From the NCBI GenBank assembly GCA_963787125.1, contig CAWBBV010000027.1, positions 1 through 31,092 on the forward strand: a stretch of DNA of 31,092 nucleotides. Reading direction: 5' to 3'. The position numbers were made by a program, and so were the translations under genes. Below are positions 21,127 to 30,197 of this stretch, one piece after another (within the stretch, counting starts at the first letter, position 1; each line of letters begins with the position of its first letter). The notes below the pieces were generated by a model that worked only from the letters and a program-made list of their open reading frames with translations, did not search any database and was not told the origin of the DNA. The stretch is from an uncultured delta proteobacterium. Lineage in GTDB: Bacteria > Desulfobacterota > Desulfuromonadia > Geobacterales > DSM-12255.

Positions 21127-21698
21127 AGCAAATGAATGTAAAACAGATTGTGGAGAGTATCCTTTTTGTTTCTGATTCGCCGCTGTCACTGGAGCGGCTG
21201 TACGTGCTTCTGGATGAGTTCGAGCGGGAAGAGATCCGCGCTGCTGTCAGCGCTATTGCCGCGGACTGTACCCAGTCCAGACGCGGCATCGAGCTGGTAC
21301 AGATTGCGGGCGGCTATCAGTTCAGAAGCAGATCAGAATTTGCCGATTATATCCGCCGCCTCAAGAAACTCAAACCGACCCGCTTCAGTCCGTCAGCCCT
21401 CGAAACGCTTGCTATCATCGCTTATCGCCAACCGGTCACCAGAAGTGAAGTGGAATATTTTCGAGGGGTTGATTCCGGCGGTGTTTTAAAGAGCCTGTTG
21501 GACAAGAAACTTATCAAAATTATCGGTAAAAAGGATATTCCAGGGAAGCCGCTTATTTACGGGACAACCAAAGAATTCATGGAAACCTTCAGTCTCAAGG
21601 ATCTTGCCAGCCTGCCGACACTCAGAGAGATTGAAGAGCTGGCAGATGCCGGTGATGATCTGGATCAGGTGCCGCTGCCCCTTGATACAGCGCCTTGA
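21123..21698 (+). CDS. scpB: SMC-Scp complex subunit ScpB
   Basis: VESILFVS, GGYQFRS, ALETLAIIAYRQPVTR, RGVDS, PGKPLIYGTT. Confidence 0.95.
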   Translation: MKQMNVKQIVESILFVSDSPLSLERLYVLLDEFEREEIRAAVSAIAADCTQSRRGIELVQIAGGYQFRSRSEFADYIRRLKKLKPTRFSPSALETLAIIAYRQPVTRSEVEYFRGVDSGGVLKSLLDKKLIKIIGKKDIPGKPLIYGTTKEFMETFSLKDLASLPTLREIEELADAGDDLDQVPLPLDTAP

Positions 21699-21767
21699 GG
21701 GCGAAGGCTTATAGTCTTGTGAGTGCATGGAGTTTTTCAGGTTAAATCTAACTGCAGGAGCCATTGC

Positions 21768-22463
21768 ATGCTGTTTACTTCAGAGCTTGTGTCAGGCCGT
21801 CTGCTCCGTAGATACAAGCGGTTTCTCGCTGATATTGAACTTGCTGATGGCGGCATAATAACCGCCCACTGCCCCAATTCAGGCAGTATGACAGGGTGCG
21901 CTACCCCAGGCAGTCCGGTGCTGCTCTCCGCAAGCAGCAAGCCGACCCGCAAATATCCGTACACCTGGGAACTGGTGCAGGTAGATGGTGTCTGGATCGG
22001 CATCAATACCTCCCTGACAAACAGTCTCGTCAGGGAAGGGGTGGAAAACGGTACGGTGACGGAACTGTCCGGCTATAACGACTTAAGGGGTGAAGTTCCT
22101 TATGGTGAACACAGCCGACTGGATTTTATGTTATCCGGAGAAAAGGGTGACTGTTTTGTTGAAGTAAAAAATGTCACCCTGATTGACGGTAAGCGGGGGC
22201 TTTTTCCGGACGCAGTAACCGTGAGGGGGCAGAAGCATTTGCGGGATCTAATGGAGATAGTGGCTGCTGGCAGTCGGGGGGTAATCTTCTTTGTTGTCCA
22301 GCGTGGTGATGCGGAGCTTGTTTCTCCGGAGGACCGGGTCGACCCGGAGTACGGCAGACTCCTGCGCCTTGCCGTCAACAGTGGCGTGGAGGTGGTCGCT
22401 TATCAGGCGCTTGTGTCACCTGCCGAGATCAAGCTGATGCACCGTCTGCCGGTAATCCTCTAA
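21768..22463 (+). CDS. sfsA: DNA/RNA nuclease SfsA
   Basis: RRYKRFLAD, AHCPNSGSMTG, SRLDF, VEVKNVT, FPDAVTVRGQKHL; ATG 21768 with AGGAG SD. Confidence 0.95.
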   Translation: MLFTSELVSGRLLRRYKRFLADIELADGGIITAHCPNSGSMTGCATPGSPVLLSASSKPTRKYPYTWELVQVDGVWIGINTSLTNSLVREGVENGTVTELSGYNDLRGEVPYGEHSRLDFMLSGEKGDCFVEVKNVTLIDGKRGLFPDAVTVRGQKHLRDLMEIVAAGSRGVIFFVVQRGDAELVSPEDRVDPEYGRLLRLAVNSGVEVVAYQALVSPAEIKLMHRLPVIL

Positions 22464-22637
22464 AACTTCCGAGCAAAACATTCTTCAGCTTCACTTTCAG
22501 TTGGGGCAGTCAGTGCTGTCGCAGGGGACGCTGTGAAAGAAGTTAACTCGGCTTACATAGGTTACCAACTTTACTATGTCCCCTTCGTCCCGGCTAAAAT
22601 GGAAAATGGAGCGTTGACCCTTCATGCATTATTGGTC

Positions 22638-22925
22638 TTATAAGCCGTCACGGAATGTATCCTTTAACAGAAAAATCAGCAATAACGATACTATTTCAAG
22701 GATAATTGTCGTTACTATCCAGGTTTCTAAAAACTCCATCTGTTCCGCTGCAGCATTCATATCCGGATGTAAATAGGGAAGTGCTTTTGAGTAGATGTAT
22801 CGGTCAAGCCATTCGGGGTAAATATTTAAACACCATGGGGCTCCGCATAAAGTCCAGAACCTTGCAGGCACCCATGCAATAACAGGCATTGCCAAAATAA
22901 TTCCTGTTAAAAAAAGAGGGTTCAT
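22638..22925 (-). CDS. Small hypothetical membrane protein
   Basis: 95-aa ORF with AAGGAG SD and hydrophobic segments at both ends; AT-richer than the core genes. Confidence 0.6.
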   Translation of the reverse strand: MNPLFLTGIILAMPVIAWVPARFWTLCGAPWCLNIYPEWLDRYIYSKALPYLHPDMNAAAEQMEFLETWIVTTIILEIVSLLLIFLLKDTFRDGL

Positions 22926-23186
22926 ATTCTCCTTAGTACTCAGTTTCTCCGGTTCATTTCGACAATACTACAACGCATGATAATTAACAGTAAGATATTA
23001 ACCCGCTCACAGATTTTCACCTGTTCTTCGGCAACTGCAAGCAATGATAACAGAAAGGGTTTAGTCGGGACTTGCAGATAATAGCCCTGGAGATAGGCTG
23101 TTCTTAAGCAGAAACCGGGCAAACTGAAAGCAGAGGTGAACCGGCTTACTACCTACGGAGCCAGGGGGATTCTTCTTCAGACCTCA

Positions 23187-24176
23187 TTACCTTCCGTTGA
23201 TAATATTCCAGCGCTGTTGAACAGCGGGTGATTCCATCGGCCGGTACATACTGACCGGCTTTCCCTGTTCAAAAATTGTTACGGTATACGGCTGCATCAA
23301 AACCTGGGTCAAATGGAAAAATGTGGCACTGTCGGCGAAATCTTCTGCCCAGTTGCTGGCCGCGTATCCCGACACTAACGGCGTGCGAAATATAGTGTCA
23401 TAAATACCGCGGATTCTTGCTGCGGTTATGGCCGGTGGCGCTATTCCGTAGGCATGAAGATCCCGGCTTTCAGAAAAGGCGAACTCTCGCGCCATCCTGT
23501 CATAATTATCCCATATTCCCGCAACAAAAGGGGTCTTTTGGCCCGAAAGACCCTCTGCCGCGGCGAAACCCCTGTCGACAAACGGTGTGACCGGATGGAC
23601 ATAATCCAGAATATGTGAGGATTCGTGAAGCAGCGTGTACATCAGGGCGGTATAGTGCGTACCACAGTTGACCTCGACTCGGGCTTTGGTTGACCCCTTG
23701 ATGAACAATGAGTTTTCCCGATAGGTCAGCCACGCGGATATATCCATTGAAAAAACTGCGGCGTTGACATACAGCACAGTATAAACCTTACGATCCCTTG
23801 ACAGCACAAAGTCGGTCATGCCGGCGCCGACAAAATTCTTTATGAAATAGATGCTTACCAGACGCTCTGTCATGACACGCTTATTCGCCGCCGGCAGTTT
23901 TTCGAAATACGCCGCAAACATCCTGGTTTCGGCGGCAGTCGGCATGTAGGGAGTATAATCGTCCCGTCGATCTGACTGCATGAGCAGTTTCAGGGTGGCT
24001 GCCGGTATTGTGGCGATCCGTGATTCAACTGACGATGAAGGGTCGAAGATATACCCATCAATATTATGAATCCCGTCATTGAGGAGCAGTTCCCGGTAAG
24101 ATGAGGATGCGCAGGCAGACAGCAACCAAATCCAAAGGAGTAAAACTAACCGGAATAAATTTCCTGTCCAGCTCAT
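23187..24176 (-). CDS. Lipoprotein, putative zinc metallopeptidase
   Basis: Lipobox LLSAC; HExxH (LHESSHILD) and downstream YAASNWAEDFAD motif. Confidence 0.7.
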   Translation of the reverse strand: MSWTGNLFRLVLLLWIWLLSACASSSYRELLLNDGIHNIDGYIFDPSSSVESRIATIPAATLKLLMQSDRRDDYTPYMPTAAETRMFAAYFEKLPAANKRVMTERLVSIYFIKNFVGAGMTDFVLSRDRKVYTVLYVNAAVFSMDISAWLTYRENSLFIKGSTKARVEVNCGTHYTALMYTLLHESSHILDYVHPVTPFVDRGFAAAEGLSGQKTPFVAGIWDNYDRMAREFAFSESRDLHAYGIAPPAITAARIRGIYDTIFRTPLVSGYAASNWAEDFADSATFFHLTQVLMQPYTVTIFEQGKPVSMYRPMESPAVQQRWNIINGR

Positions 24177-24197
24177 TTGGTGCCCCCGAAAAAAACT

Positions 24198-24395
24198 TCA
24201 GCGCTGCTCAGTTCTCAGCCGTTCATACTCCGGATAACTTGGCGCTTCCGGCTTGCCGAAACGCTCGGATGGCGAGCTTTGCAGGTCGTTACGTGTCTTG
24301 ATCCCTTCATAAAGGCCGTGCCTCAGATTGTCGGCTGAACAGCTGGTCAAGAGCAGTAACGACAGCGTGGCGAGCAGGATAACGGAGCGGGTCAT
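24198..24395 (-). CDS. Small lipoprotein of unknown function
   Basis: MTRSVILLATLSLLLLTSC lipobox; GAGG SD before ATG 24395. Confidence 0.65.
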   Translation of the reverse strand: MTRSVILLATLSLLLLTSCSADNLRHGLYEGIKTRNDLQSSPSERFGKPEAPSYPEYERLRTEQR

Positions 24396-24478
24396 AGTGG
24401 GCCTCAAGGGGAGATCCTGAGGGGAAGCACTTGACATCTGCCGTGTCATGTGTCAATCGCAGCTACCCCAAAGGGTCT

Positions 24479-24997
24479 TTAGTTTAACATTTTTTGAAGA
24501 ATCACAACATCTAACAGCCGACCGAATTTTCTACCGACTTCTTTCATGGTTCCGATGTGAACGAAGCCAAAACTCTCATTAAGGTGAAGACTCTCCTTGT
24601 TGCCTTTCACAACACGGGCAATAAGGGTGTGTAACCCCAAAGAACGGGCTGCTTCTATTATCGCCTCTTTGAGCCTTCGTCCAATCCCTTGGCCTCGATG
24701 CTCCGCCTTTACGTAGGACGATGTCTCCGCCGTGAGATCATAAGCGTGGCGCTCCGACCACTTGCTCAATGAGGCCCAGCCGACGACCTTCCCGTTAAAA
24801 ACAGCTACGATTACCGGGTGGTTGGCATCATGAGACTGAAACCAGCGCACTTGCTCGTCCAAGTCCTTCGGTTCCGTATCAAAAGTCGCGGTAGAAGTAG
24901 TTACTGCCTCGTTATAAATTTCAGTAATTGCAGCAAGGTCCGACATGACTGCGCTTCTGAGCTGAACTGCTGCCCCGGTTATTCCGGATATCTTCAT
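24479..24997 (-). CDS. GNAT N-acetyltransferase, phosphinothricin/methionine-sulfoximine acetyltransferase (Pat/YncA) family
   Basis: DLAAITEIYNEAV..STATFD, RGQGIG acetyl-CoA motif, GFVHIGTMKEVGRKFGRLLDV. ATG 24997 with GGAG SD; TTG 25009 is an alternative start. Confidence 0.9.
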   Translation of the reverse strand: MKISGITGAAVQLRSAVMSDLAAITEIYNEAVTTSTATFDTEPKDLDEQVRWFQSHDANHPVIVAVFNGKVVGWASLSKWSERHAYDLTAETSSYVKAEHRGQGIGRRLKEAIIEAARSLGLHTLIARVVKGNKESLHLNESFGFVHIGTMKEVGRKFGRLLDVVILQKMLN

Positions 24998-25444
24998 ATC
25001 CTGCTCCAATCAGTCATTCTGTTAGATAATTACAGGCACCGTTTGAAACGTTGTCATCCATTTAAGAAATAGGCAAAATGTGCCCGTAAAGGAAAAATCC
25101 AGGTTCTCTGAATAGTATTTAATCTTCACGTCGCATTGGATCCGCTTTTTTTCGCCATTGTGATGTGCTCCTGTTTGCAGCAGATTAAAATAGAGCCTTT
25201 TCGTATCACTGTTCTATTTTGGCTGTCAAGAAACATTTAAACGGCCTTAATAATAATGCCATAACCCTTTGCCTGGAGCCGGTACAGCTGGCTTTTACCG
25301 CTGAAATTCGGCTGTTAGTTTGCCAAGCTGTTGCATAGCCGTTCTTGACCGCTGTTGAAGAGCCGTGATATATTTACCGTCGCAAACGCCAATCATTCTC
25401 ACCCTGATAAATAAGAAATTTCTTCTTACAAAAAAGGACATGCC

Positions 25445-26386
25445 CTGGTACCTCTCAACCCTGATGCCGCTATAATTGCCCGGGCAGTAACCAAGCGCTA
25501 CGGTTCGCTGACCGCACTTGACTCGTTTGACCTGGAGGTACGGCGGGGGGAGATTTTTGCCCTGCTTGGCCCGAACGGCGCAGGCAAGACCACGTTGATC
25601 CGGATTCTGACTACCCTGATGAGCCCGACCGCCGGTGAGGCATATGTGGAAGGCCTGAATACAGCCCTTCACGGGCGGGAGATTCGCCGCCTGATCGGTG
25701 TGGTCCCCCAGGAAAACAGCCTGGATCGCTATCTGACTGCTCGGGAGAATCTTGAGCTACATGCCCGGTTGCATGCCATGGAGCCGAAAAGGTTCAAGTG
25801 GCGCATTGACGAACTGCTGGAGCTTTTCGGTCTGGCCGGTCGCCAGCACGACTTCCCCGACACCTTCTCCGGCGGGATGCAACGACGCCTGGTAGTTGCC
25901 AGAGCGCTGCTTCATGAGCCTAAAGTTCTTTTTCTCGACGAGCCGACCACCGGACTCGACCCCCAGTCCCGCCGGGCTGTCTGGGATTACATCCGTTCAA
26001 TTGCCGGTAATATGACCATCTTTCTCACCACCCACTATCTTGAAGAGGCTGAGCGTCTCTGCCAGCGGGTCGCCATTATGGATCACGGCAGGCTGATCAC
26101 CATGGGGAGCAGCGCGGAGCTGAAGGCGCGCCTGACCGGCGGCGCTGTGTACGAGATTGAGTTTGCCGAAGGGTCGCAGCATTATGCCGAAATACTCCGA
26201 AAAATGGCGTGTGTCGGGAAGATGGAGCTGTCAGGGAGAGTAGTTACTGTTACTCTTGAAAAATGGGAATGTCTGTCTGAAGTAGTGACCGCCTTAAACG
26301 GTGCTGAGCTGCGGCGCATCTCCCTGCGGGAGAAAACTCTGGAGGAGGTCTTTATCAGTCTGACCGGTGAGGGGGTTCGCGAATGA
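25445..26386 (+). CDS. ABC-2 type exporter ATP-binding subunit (DrrA/NodI-like)
   Basis: Frame extends upstream of the ORF-track start to include VTKRYGSLTALD...GEIFALLGPNGAGKTT (Walker A); FSGGM signature, LFLDEPTTGLDP, LTTHYLEEAE. Start codon uncertain (CTG at 25445). Confidence 0.88.
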   Translation: MVPLNPDAAIIARAVTKRYGSLTALDSFDLEVRRGEIFALLGPNGAGKTTLIRILTTLMSPTAGEAYVEGLNTALHGREIRRLIGVVPQENSLDRYLTARENLELHARLHAMEPKRFKWRIDELLELFGLAGRQHDFPDTFSGGMQRRLVVARALLHEPKVLFLDEPTTGLDPQSRRAVWDYIRSIAGNMTIFLTTHYLEEAERLCQRVAIMDHGRLITMGSSAELKARLTGGAVYEIEFAEGSQHYAEILRKMACVGKMELSGRVVTVTLEKWECLSEVVTALNGAELRRISLREKTLEEVFISLTGEGVRE

Positions 26387-27141
26387 ATCTCAACGGGACA
26401 CTGGCCATCTGGCGCCGGGATATGCTGGTATTGCGGCGGAGTATTCTCTCCGAGATGATAGCGGTGGTGGCTTATCCGCTGACTATTTATCTGGCGTTCG
26501 GTATCGGCATGCAGGGTTATATCGGCCTGGTGGACGGGATCCCCTACGGTCTCTTTATCGCCCCTGGATTGATCACCATGACCGCCGTGAACGCCGCTTA
26601 TAACGAGAGCGTCTGGAGCCTCTGGTTTCATCGCCGGGTGCAGTTCACGATCGAGTCCTACCGGGTGACACCGGTCTCAGCCGCGGAGATCGTTATTGCC
26701 AAGATATTTTCCGGTTTTTCCCACGGACTGATAAAGGGTTTGACCGTTGCCCTGGTCATCTTTGCCATCACGCCGTTCCGCTTTCCTCTGACGAGTCTTG
26801 TTGCCTATCTTGCCTTTCTGATCCCCGGTTCAGCGCTCTTTTCCTGCGCCGGGGTCATCTGCGGCACCCTGCTGGACAAGCCGGAGACAATCGGCCGGGT
26901 GGAAGCCGTGCTGATAATGCCGCTCATCTTCATGTCCGGGCTCTTTTTTCCGTTGTCATCATATCCGGCTAACATCGCCCCATTGATCCGCCTGCTTCCT
27001 ACTACCGCACTTTTTGAGGGGGCCAGGCAGACCATGGTCGCCGGCAGTTTTTCCGTCCCGTTCTGCGCCAATCTCTGTTTGTCTGCTGTAGTTGTCTTTG
27101 CCGCTGCCGTGCTGATTTTTCGCAAGAAGCTTGCCGAGTAG
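26383..27141 (+). CDS. ABC-2 type exporter permease (DrrB/NodJ-like)
   Basis: Multiple TM helices, FIAPGL, VTPVS, PLIFMSGLFFP; ATGA overlap with the ATPase gene. Confidence 0.9.
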   Translation: MNLNGTLAIWRRDMLVLRRSILSEMIAVVAYPLTIYLAFGIGMQGYIGLVDGIPYGLFIAPGLITMTAVNAAYNESVWSLWFHRRVQFTIESYRVTPVSAAEIVIAKIFSGFSHGLIKGLTVALVIFAITPFRFPLTSLVAYLAFLIPGSALFSCAGVICGTLLDKPETIGRVEAVLIMPLIFMSGLFFPLSSYPANIAPLIRLLPTTALFEGARQTMVAGSFSVPFCANLCLSAVVVFAAAVLIFRKKLAE

Positions 27142-27154
27142 ACAAGGACTGTAT

Positions 27155-28042
27155 ATGCCCGCAGAAATCCCCGTATACCCTGCCGTCAGACCGTTGGAGC
27201 TTGCAGACAGAGAGCTGCTGCAAGGGCATTTCAGCGTTTTGCAGTCGACCGTTTCCGAGCTTTCGTTTGCCAACCTCTACCTTTTTCGGCATCTTCATCG
27301 CTACACTGTCACCAGTGTCGCCACGAGTCTGGTGATCTTTGGCTGCGGCTATGACGGCGCCCCCTATTTTCTTCCGCCTCTTTCCGCTGATCGTGGAGAG
27401 GTTGCGCGCCTGCTATTGGCGGAAGGTAATACACTTTACGGTGCTGACGAGCAGTTTGTTGCCGAACATTTGACCGCCTGGGGGTTTGTGCCAACCTCGG
27501 ATCGTGACAATGACGACTATCTTTACCTGCGCAGTGACCTTGCCGAGCTCCCCGGAAGCCTTTTTCACAAGAAAAAAAACCGCATTAATTACTTTACCAA
27601 CCGCAACACGTACAGCGTTGAATCGTTCTCCGCCAGGCACCTGCCCGCGGCACTGCAGCTTCTTGACGAGTGGCAGCGCACTCACGGCGATAGCGCCAGC
27701 AGGTCGCTGCTGGCGGAAACTGCCGCCACCCGTGAAGGCCTGGAACTGGCAGCCGAACTTGACCTTAGCGGTGTCGTTGTGCTGACCGAGCGGGGGGTCT
27801 GTGCGTTCGCTCTGGGGGAGCGGTTGAATACTACGACCGCTGTCTGCCATTTTGAAAAGGCCGACTCATTTCTCGAAGGTGCTGCCCAGTTGGTGAACCG
27901 TGAGTTCAGCCGCTTGCAGCCGGCAGATTGTATCTACATCAACCGGGAACAGGATCTGGGCGAAAGCGGTCTCAGAGAGGCCAAGAACTCTTATCATCCG
28001 ATCGGAATGATACGGAAATACAGGGTCAACCGGACTGGTTGA
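27155..28042 (+). CDS. DUF2156-like (MprF/LPG synthase C-terminal-like, GNAT-fold) protein
   Basis: SELSFANLYLF, DYLYLRSDLAELPG..FHKKKNRIN, HFEKAD, YINREQDLGESGLREAKNSYHP. Confidence 0.85.
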   Translation: MPAEIPVYPAVRPLELADRELLQGHFSVLQSTVSELSFANLYLFRHLHRYTVTSVATSLVIFGCGYDGAPYFLPPLSADRGEVARLLLAEGNTLYGADEQFVAEHLTAWGFVPTSDRDNDDYLYLRSDLAELPGSLFHKKKNRINYFTNRNTYSVESFSARHLPAALQLLDEWQRTHGDSASRSLLAETAATREGLELAAELDLSGVVVLTERGVCAFALGERLNTTTAVCHFEKADSFLEGAAQLVNREFSRLQPADCIYINREQDLGESGLREAKNSYHPIGMIRKYRVNRTG

Positions 28043-28089
28043 CGGTAGTTTAACAGCATCAGGCTGCATGTAGATTATGGAGTTCATAA

Positions 28090-28887
28090 ATGGCTAAAGC
28101 AATACTCTGCCCCCGTTGCAGGCAGCTGATCGGCAGTGAAGAGACCATCTGCTCCTGGTGCGGTACATCACGTTCCGCACCTTGGTGGCGTATTTTGAGC
28201 TGGAGTAAAGGCGCCATGGGGGGCGACTGGGTCGTTCAGGCCATCCTTACGATCAATATCGGCTATTACGCCATATCGCTTCTGATTGGTATGTCAGGTG
28301 GCTTCTTTTCCCCGAGTCAAACCAGCCTTATGATGCTGGGAGCGACCGGCACGATGCCGATCGATTATTACGGTAGGGTCTGGACCCTGCTCACCGCCAA
28401 CTATCTCCATGGCGGGATCATTCATCTACTCTTCAATATGGCAGCCTTGCGGCAGATAGCCCCTTGGGCAGCAAATGAATTCGGTGTCAGCCGAATGTTT
28501 GTTATCTACACGCTCGGGGGTGTCTTTGGCTATGGCGTTTCATACCTGGCAGGTATCCCGTTTACCATCGGTGCTTCCGCTGCTATCTGCGCCCTTGTCG
28601 GCGCTCTGCTCTATTACGGCAAGAGCAGGGGGGGGAGTTATGGTGATTCAGTCTATCGGGAGCTGGGAGGCTGGGTGGTCAGTATCTTTATTTTCGGGCT
28701 GGTTTTTCCCGGGATAAATAACTGGGGCCATGGCGGTGGACTGGTCGGAGGCGCGCTTCTCGGGGTGCTTTTGGGCTATTCGGAAAAAAGGCGGGAAACA
28801 GTTGTACATCAGGCTCTGGCGCTTTTGTGCGGCGGCGCAACGGTTGCGGCTCTGGTCTGGGCGCTGCTGGGAATGGTGAGAAGTTGA
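28090..28887 (+). CDS. Rhomboid family intramembrane serine protease with N-terminal zinc ribbon
   Basis: CPRC...CSWC; LHGGIIHLLFNM, catalytic GAS, NWGHGGG (His). Confidence 0.92.
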   Translation: MAKAILCPRCRQLIGSEETICSWCGTSRSAPWWRILSWSKGAMGGDWVVQAILTINIGYYAISLLIGMSGGFFSPSQTSLMMLGATGTMPIDYYGRVWTLLTANYLHGGIIHLLFNMAALRQIAPWAANEFGVSRMFVIYTLGGVFGYGVSYLAGIPFTIGASAAICALVGALLYYGKSRGGSYGDSVYRELGGWVVSIFIFGLVFPGINNWGHGGGLVGGALLGVLLGYSEKRRETVVHQALALLCGGATVAALVWALLGMVRS

Positions 28888-29059
28888 ATCGTCGGAGACA
28901 GATTTTTCGGCTGGAAAAATTATTATGGTTAAAAAGGGCAGTGCTTTTTTCTGGACATATTGCATGTAATTATGTATGTAATGTGTCCAGCTTTTAAACT
29001 TTTTGGCGGTAAAAAGCGGAAATTGTGGCTGAGAGGATAACAGCTTAAAAAACAAAAAA

Positions 29060-29219
29060 AATAGACCGCGGATGACGCGGATGTAGCTGATCTACACGGA
29101 TTTTGAGTGCAAAAGCTTGGTGGGGTTAACCAAAAAAGAATCTGGTTTATCAGCCTTTATCCGCCTTTATCCGCCTTTATCCGCTCAATCCGCGTCATCC
29201 GCGTTCTATTAAGGTTTTA
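29060..29219. repeat. Palindromic repeat element copy 1 (upstream of etfB)
   Basis: Arms AATAGACCGCGGATGACGCGGAT (29060-29082) and ATCCGCGTCATCCGCGTTCTATT (29188-29210) are 22/23 complementary; internal TTTATCCGCC-type 10-mers x4 (29146-29185); followed by AAGGTTTTA. Confidence 0.92.
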
Positions 29220-29241
29220 GATTTTAACAGGAGGAAACAAT

Positions 29242-30018
29242 ATGAAACTACTGGTCTGCATCAAACAAGTCCCCGACATGGAATCCAGATTTAAACCCGA
29301 CGCAAAAGGGACCTGGTACTCAGAAACCGACCTGGCCTGGCGGATGAACGAATACGACGAATACGCCGTCGAAGAAGCAGTCAGACTGCGGGAAAAACAG
29401 GGAGAAGGGTGTGAACTCACCGTCCTCTGTGTCGGTCCGGACCGGGTCGGCGAAGTCATCAAAAAAGCCCTCGCCATGGGCGCTGACAAAGCTGTTCATA
29501 TCCAGGACCAGGAATCAGCCGGCAAAGACCCCTGGCAGATAGCCTCCCTCATCGCCGCCCATGCTAAAGACCAGGGGTACGACATCATCTTCACCGGCAT
29601 GCAATCACAAGATCGCGGCTCAGCCCAGATCGGCGTCCTCCTTGCAGAACTGCTCGGCTCAAGCTGTGCCACCACCCTCATCGGCTTTGCCTATGAGAGC
29701 GGCGTCATCACCGCCAAACGGGAACTGGAAGGAGGCCTCAAAGGGGTAGTCAAACTCAAAACCCCCGCCGTCGTCACCTGCCAGCTCGGCCTCAACACCC
29801 CCAGATACCCGACCCTCCCCAACATCATGAAAGCCAAAAAGAAAGAGATCACCCTCATCCCCGTAGCCGACCTCTTAAAAGACACAGCCCTCACCACCAC
29901 CGCCAGCTTCCACCCACCCGCCAAAAAAGGGAGCGGAATCGTACTCGAAGGGGACGTCAGTGAACTCGTTGCGAAAGTGATTACCATACTGAAAGAGAAA
30001 ACATCAGTACTGCGATAG
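29242..30018 (+). CDS. etfB: Electron transfer flavoprotein beta subunit
   Basis: LVCIKQVPD, MNEYDEYAVEEAVRL, ALAMGADKA, RELEGG, NTPRYPTLPNIMKAKKK. Confidence 0.96.
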   Translation: MKLLVCIKQVPDMESRFKPDAKGTWYSETDLAWRMNEYDEYAVEEAVRLREKQGEGCELTVLCVGPDRVGEVIKKALAMGADKAVHIQDQESAGKDPWQIASLIAAHAKDQGYDIIFTGMQSQDRGSAQIGVLLAELLGSSCATTLIGFAYESGVITAKRELEGGLKGVVKLKTPAVVTCQLGLNTPRYPTLPNIMKAKKKEITLIPVADLLKDTALTTTASFHPPAKKGSGIVLEGDVSELVAKVITILKEKTSVLR

Positions 30019-30037
30019 AAAAAATAATCAAAAGGCA

Positions 30038-30178
30038 ATAGAACGCGGATGACGCGGATCTAGCGGATTTACACGGAGATTAAAACCTGAAAGACTTTAA
30101 GTTTAACCCAAAAAACGAATTTGATTTATCCGTTCTTATCCGCTCAATCCGCGTCATCCGCGTTCTATCAAGGTTTTA
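30038..30178. repeat. Palindromic repeat element copy 2 (between etfB and etfA)
   Basis: Perfect 22-bp inverted repeat ATAGAACGCGGATGACGCGGAT (30038-30059) / ATCCGCGTCATCCGCGTTCTAT (30147-30168); same inner units and trailing AAGGTTTTA as copy 1. Confidence 0.92.
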
Positions 30179-30197
30179 AGACTCTAAGGAGACAATC

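Noticed and set aside
22940..23186. c-di-GMP-I riboswitch-like GGGCAAAC..GAAAG and a 60-aa ORF
   Set aside because: The remaining conserved elements and pairings are absent and the orientation does not lead into a gene; the ORF has no SD or recognisable motif.
29060..30178. CRISPR array
   Set aside because: The repeats are inverted arms and 9-10-nt tandem units without unique 30-40-nt spacers; no cas genes are present.
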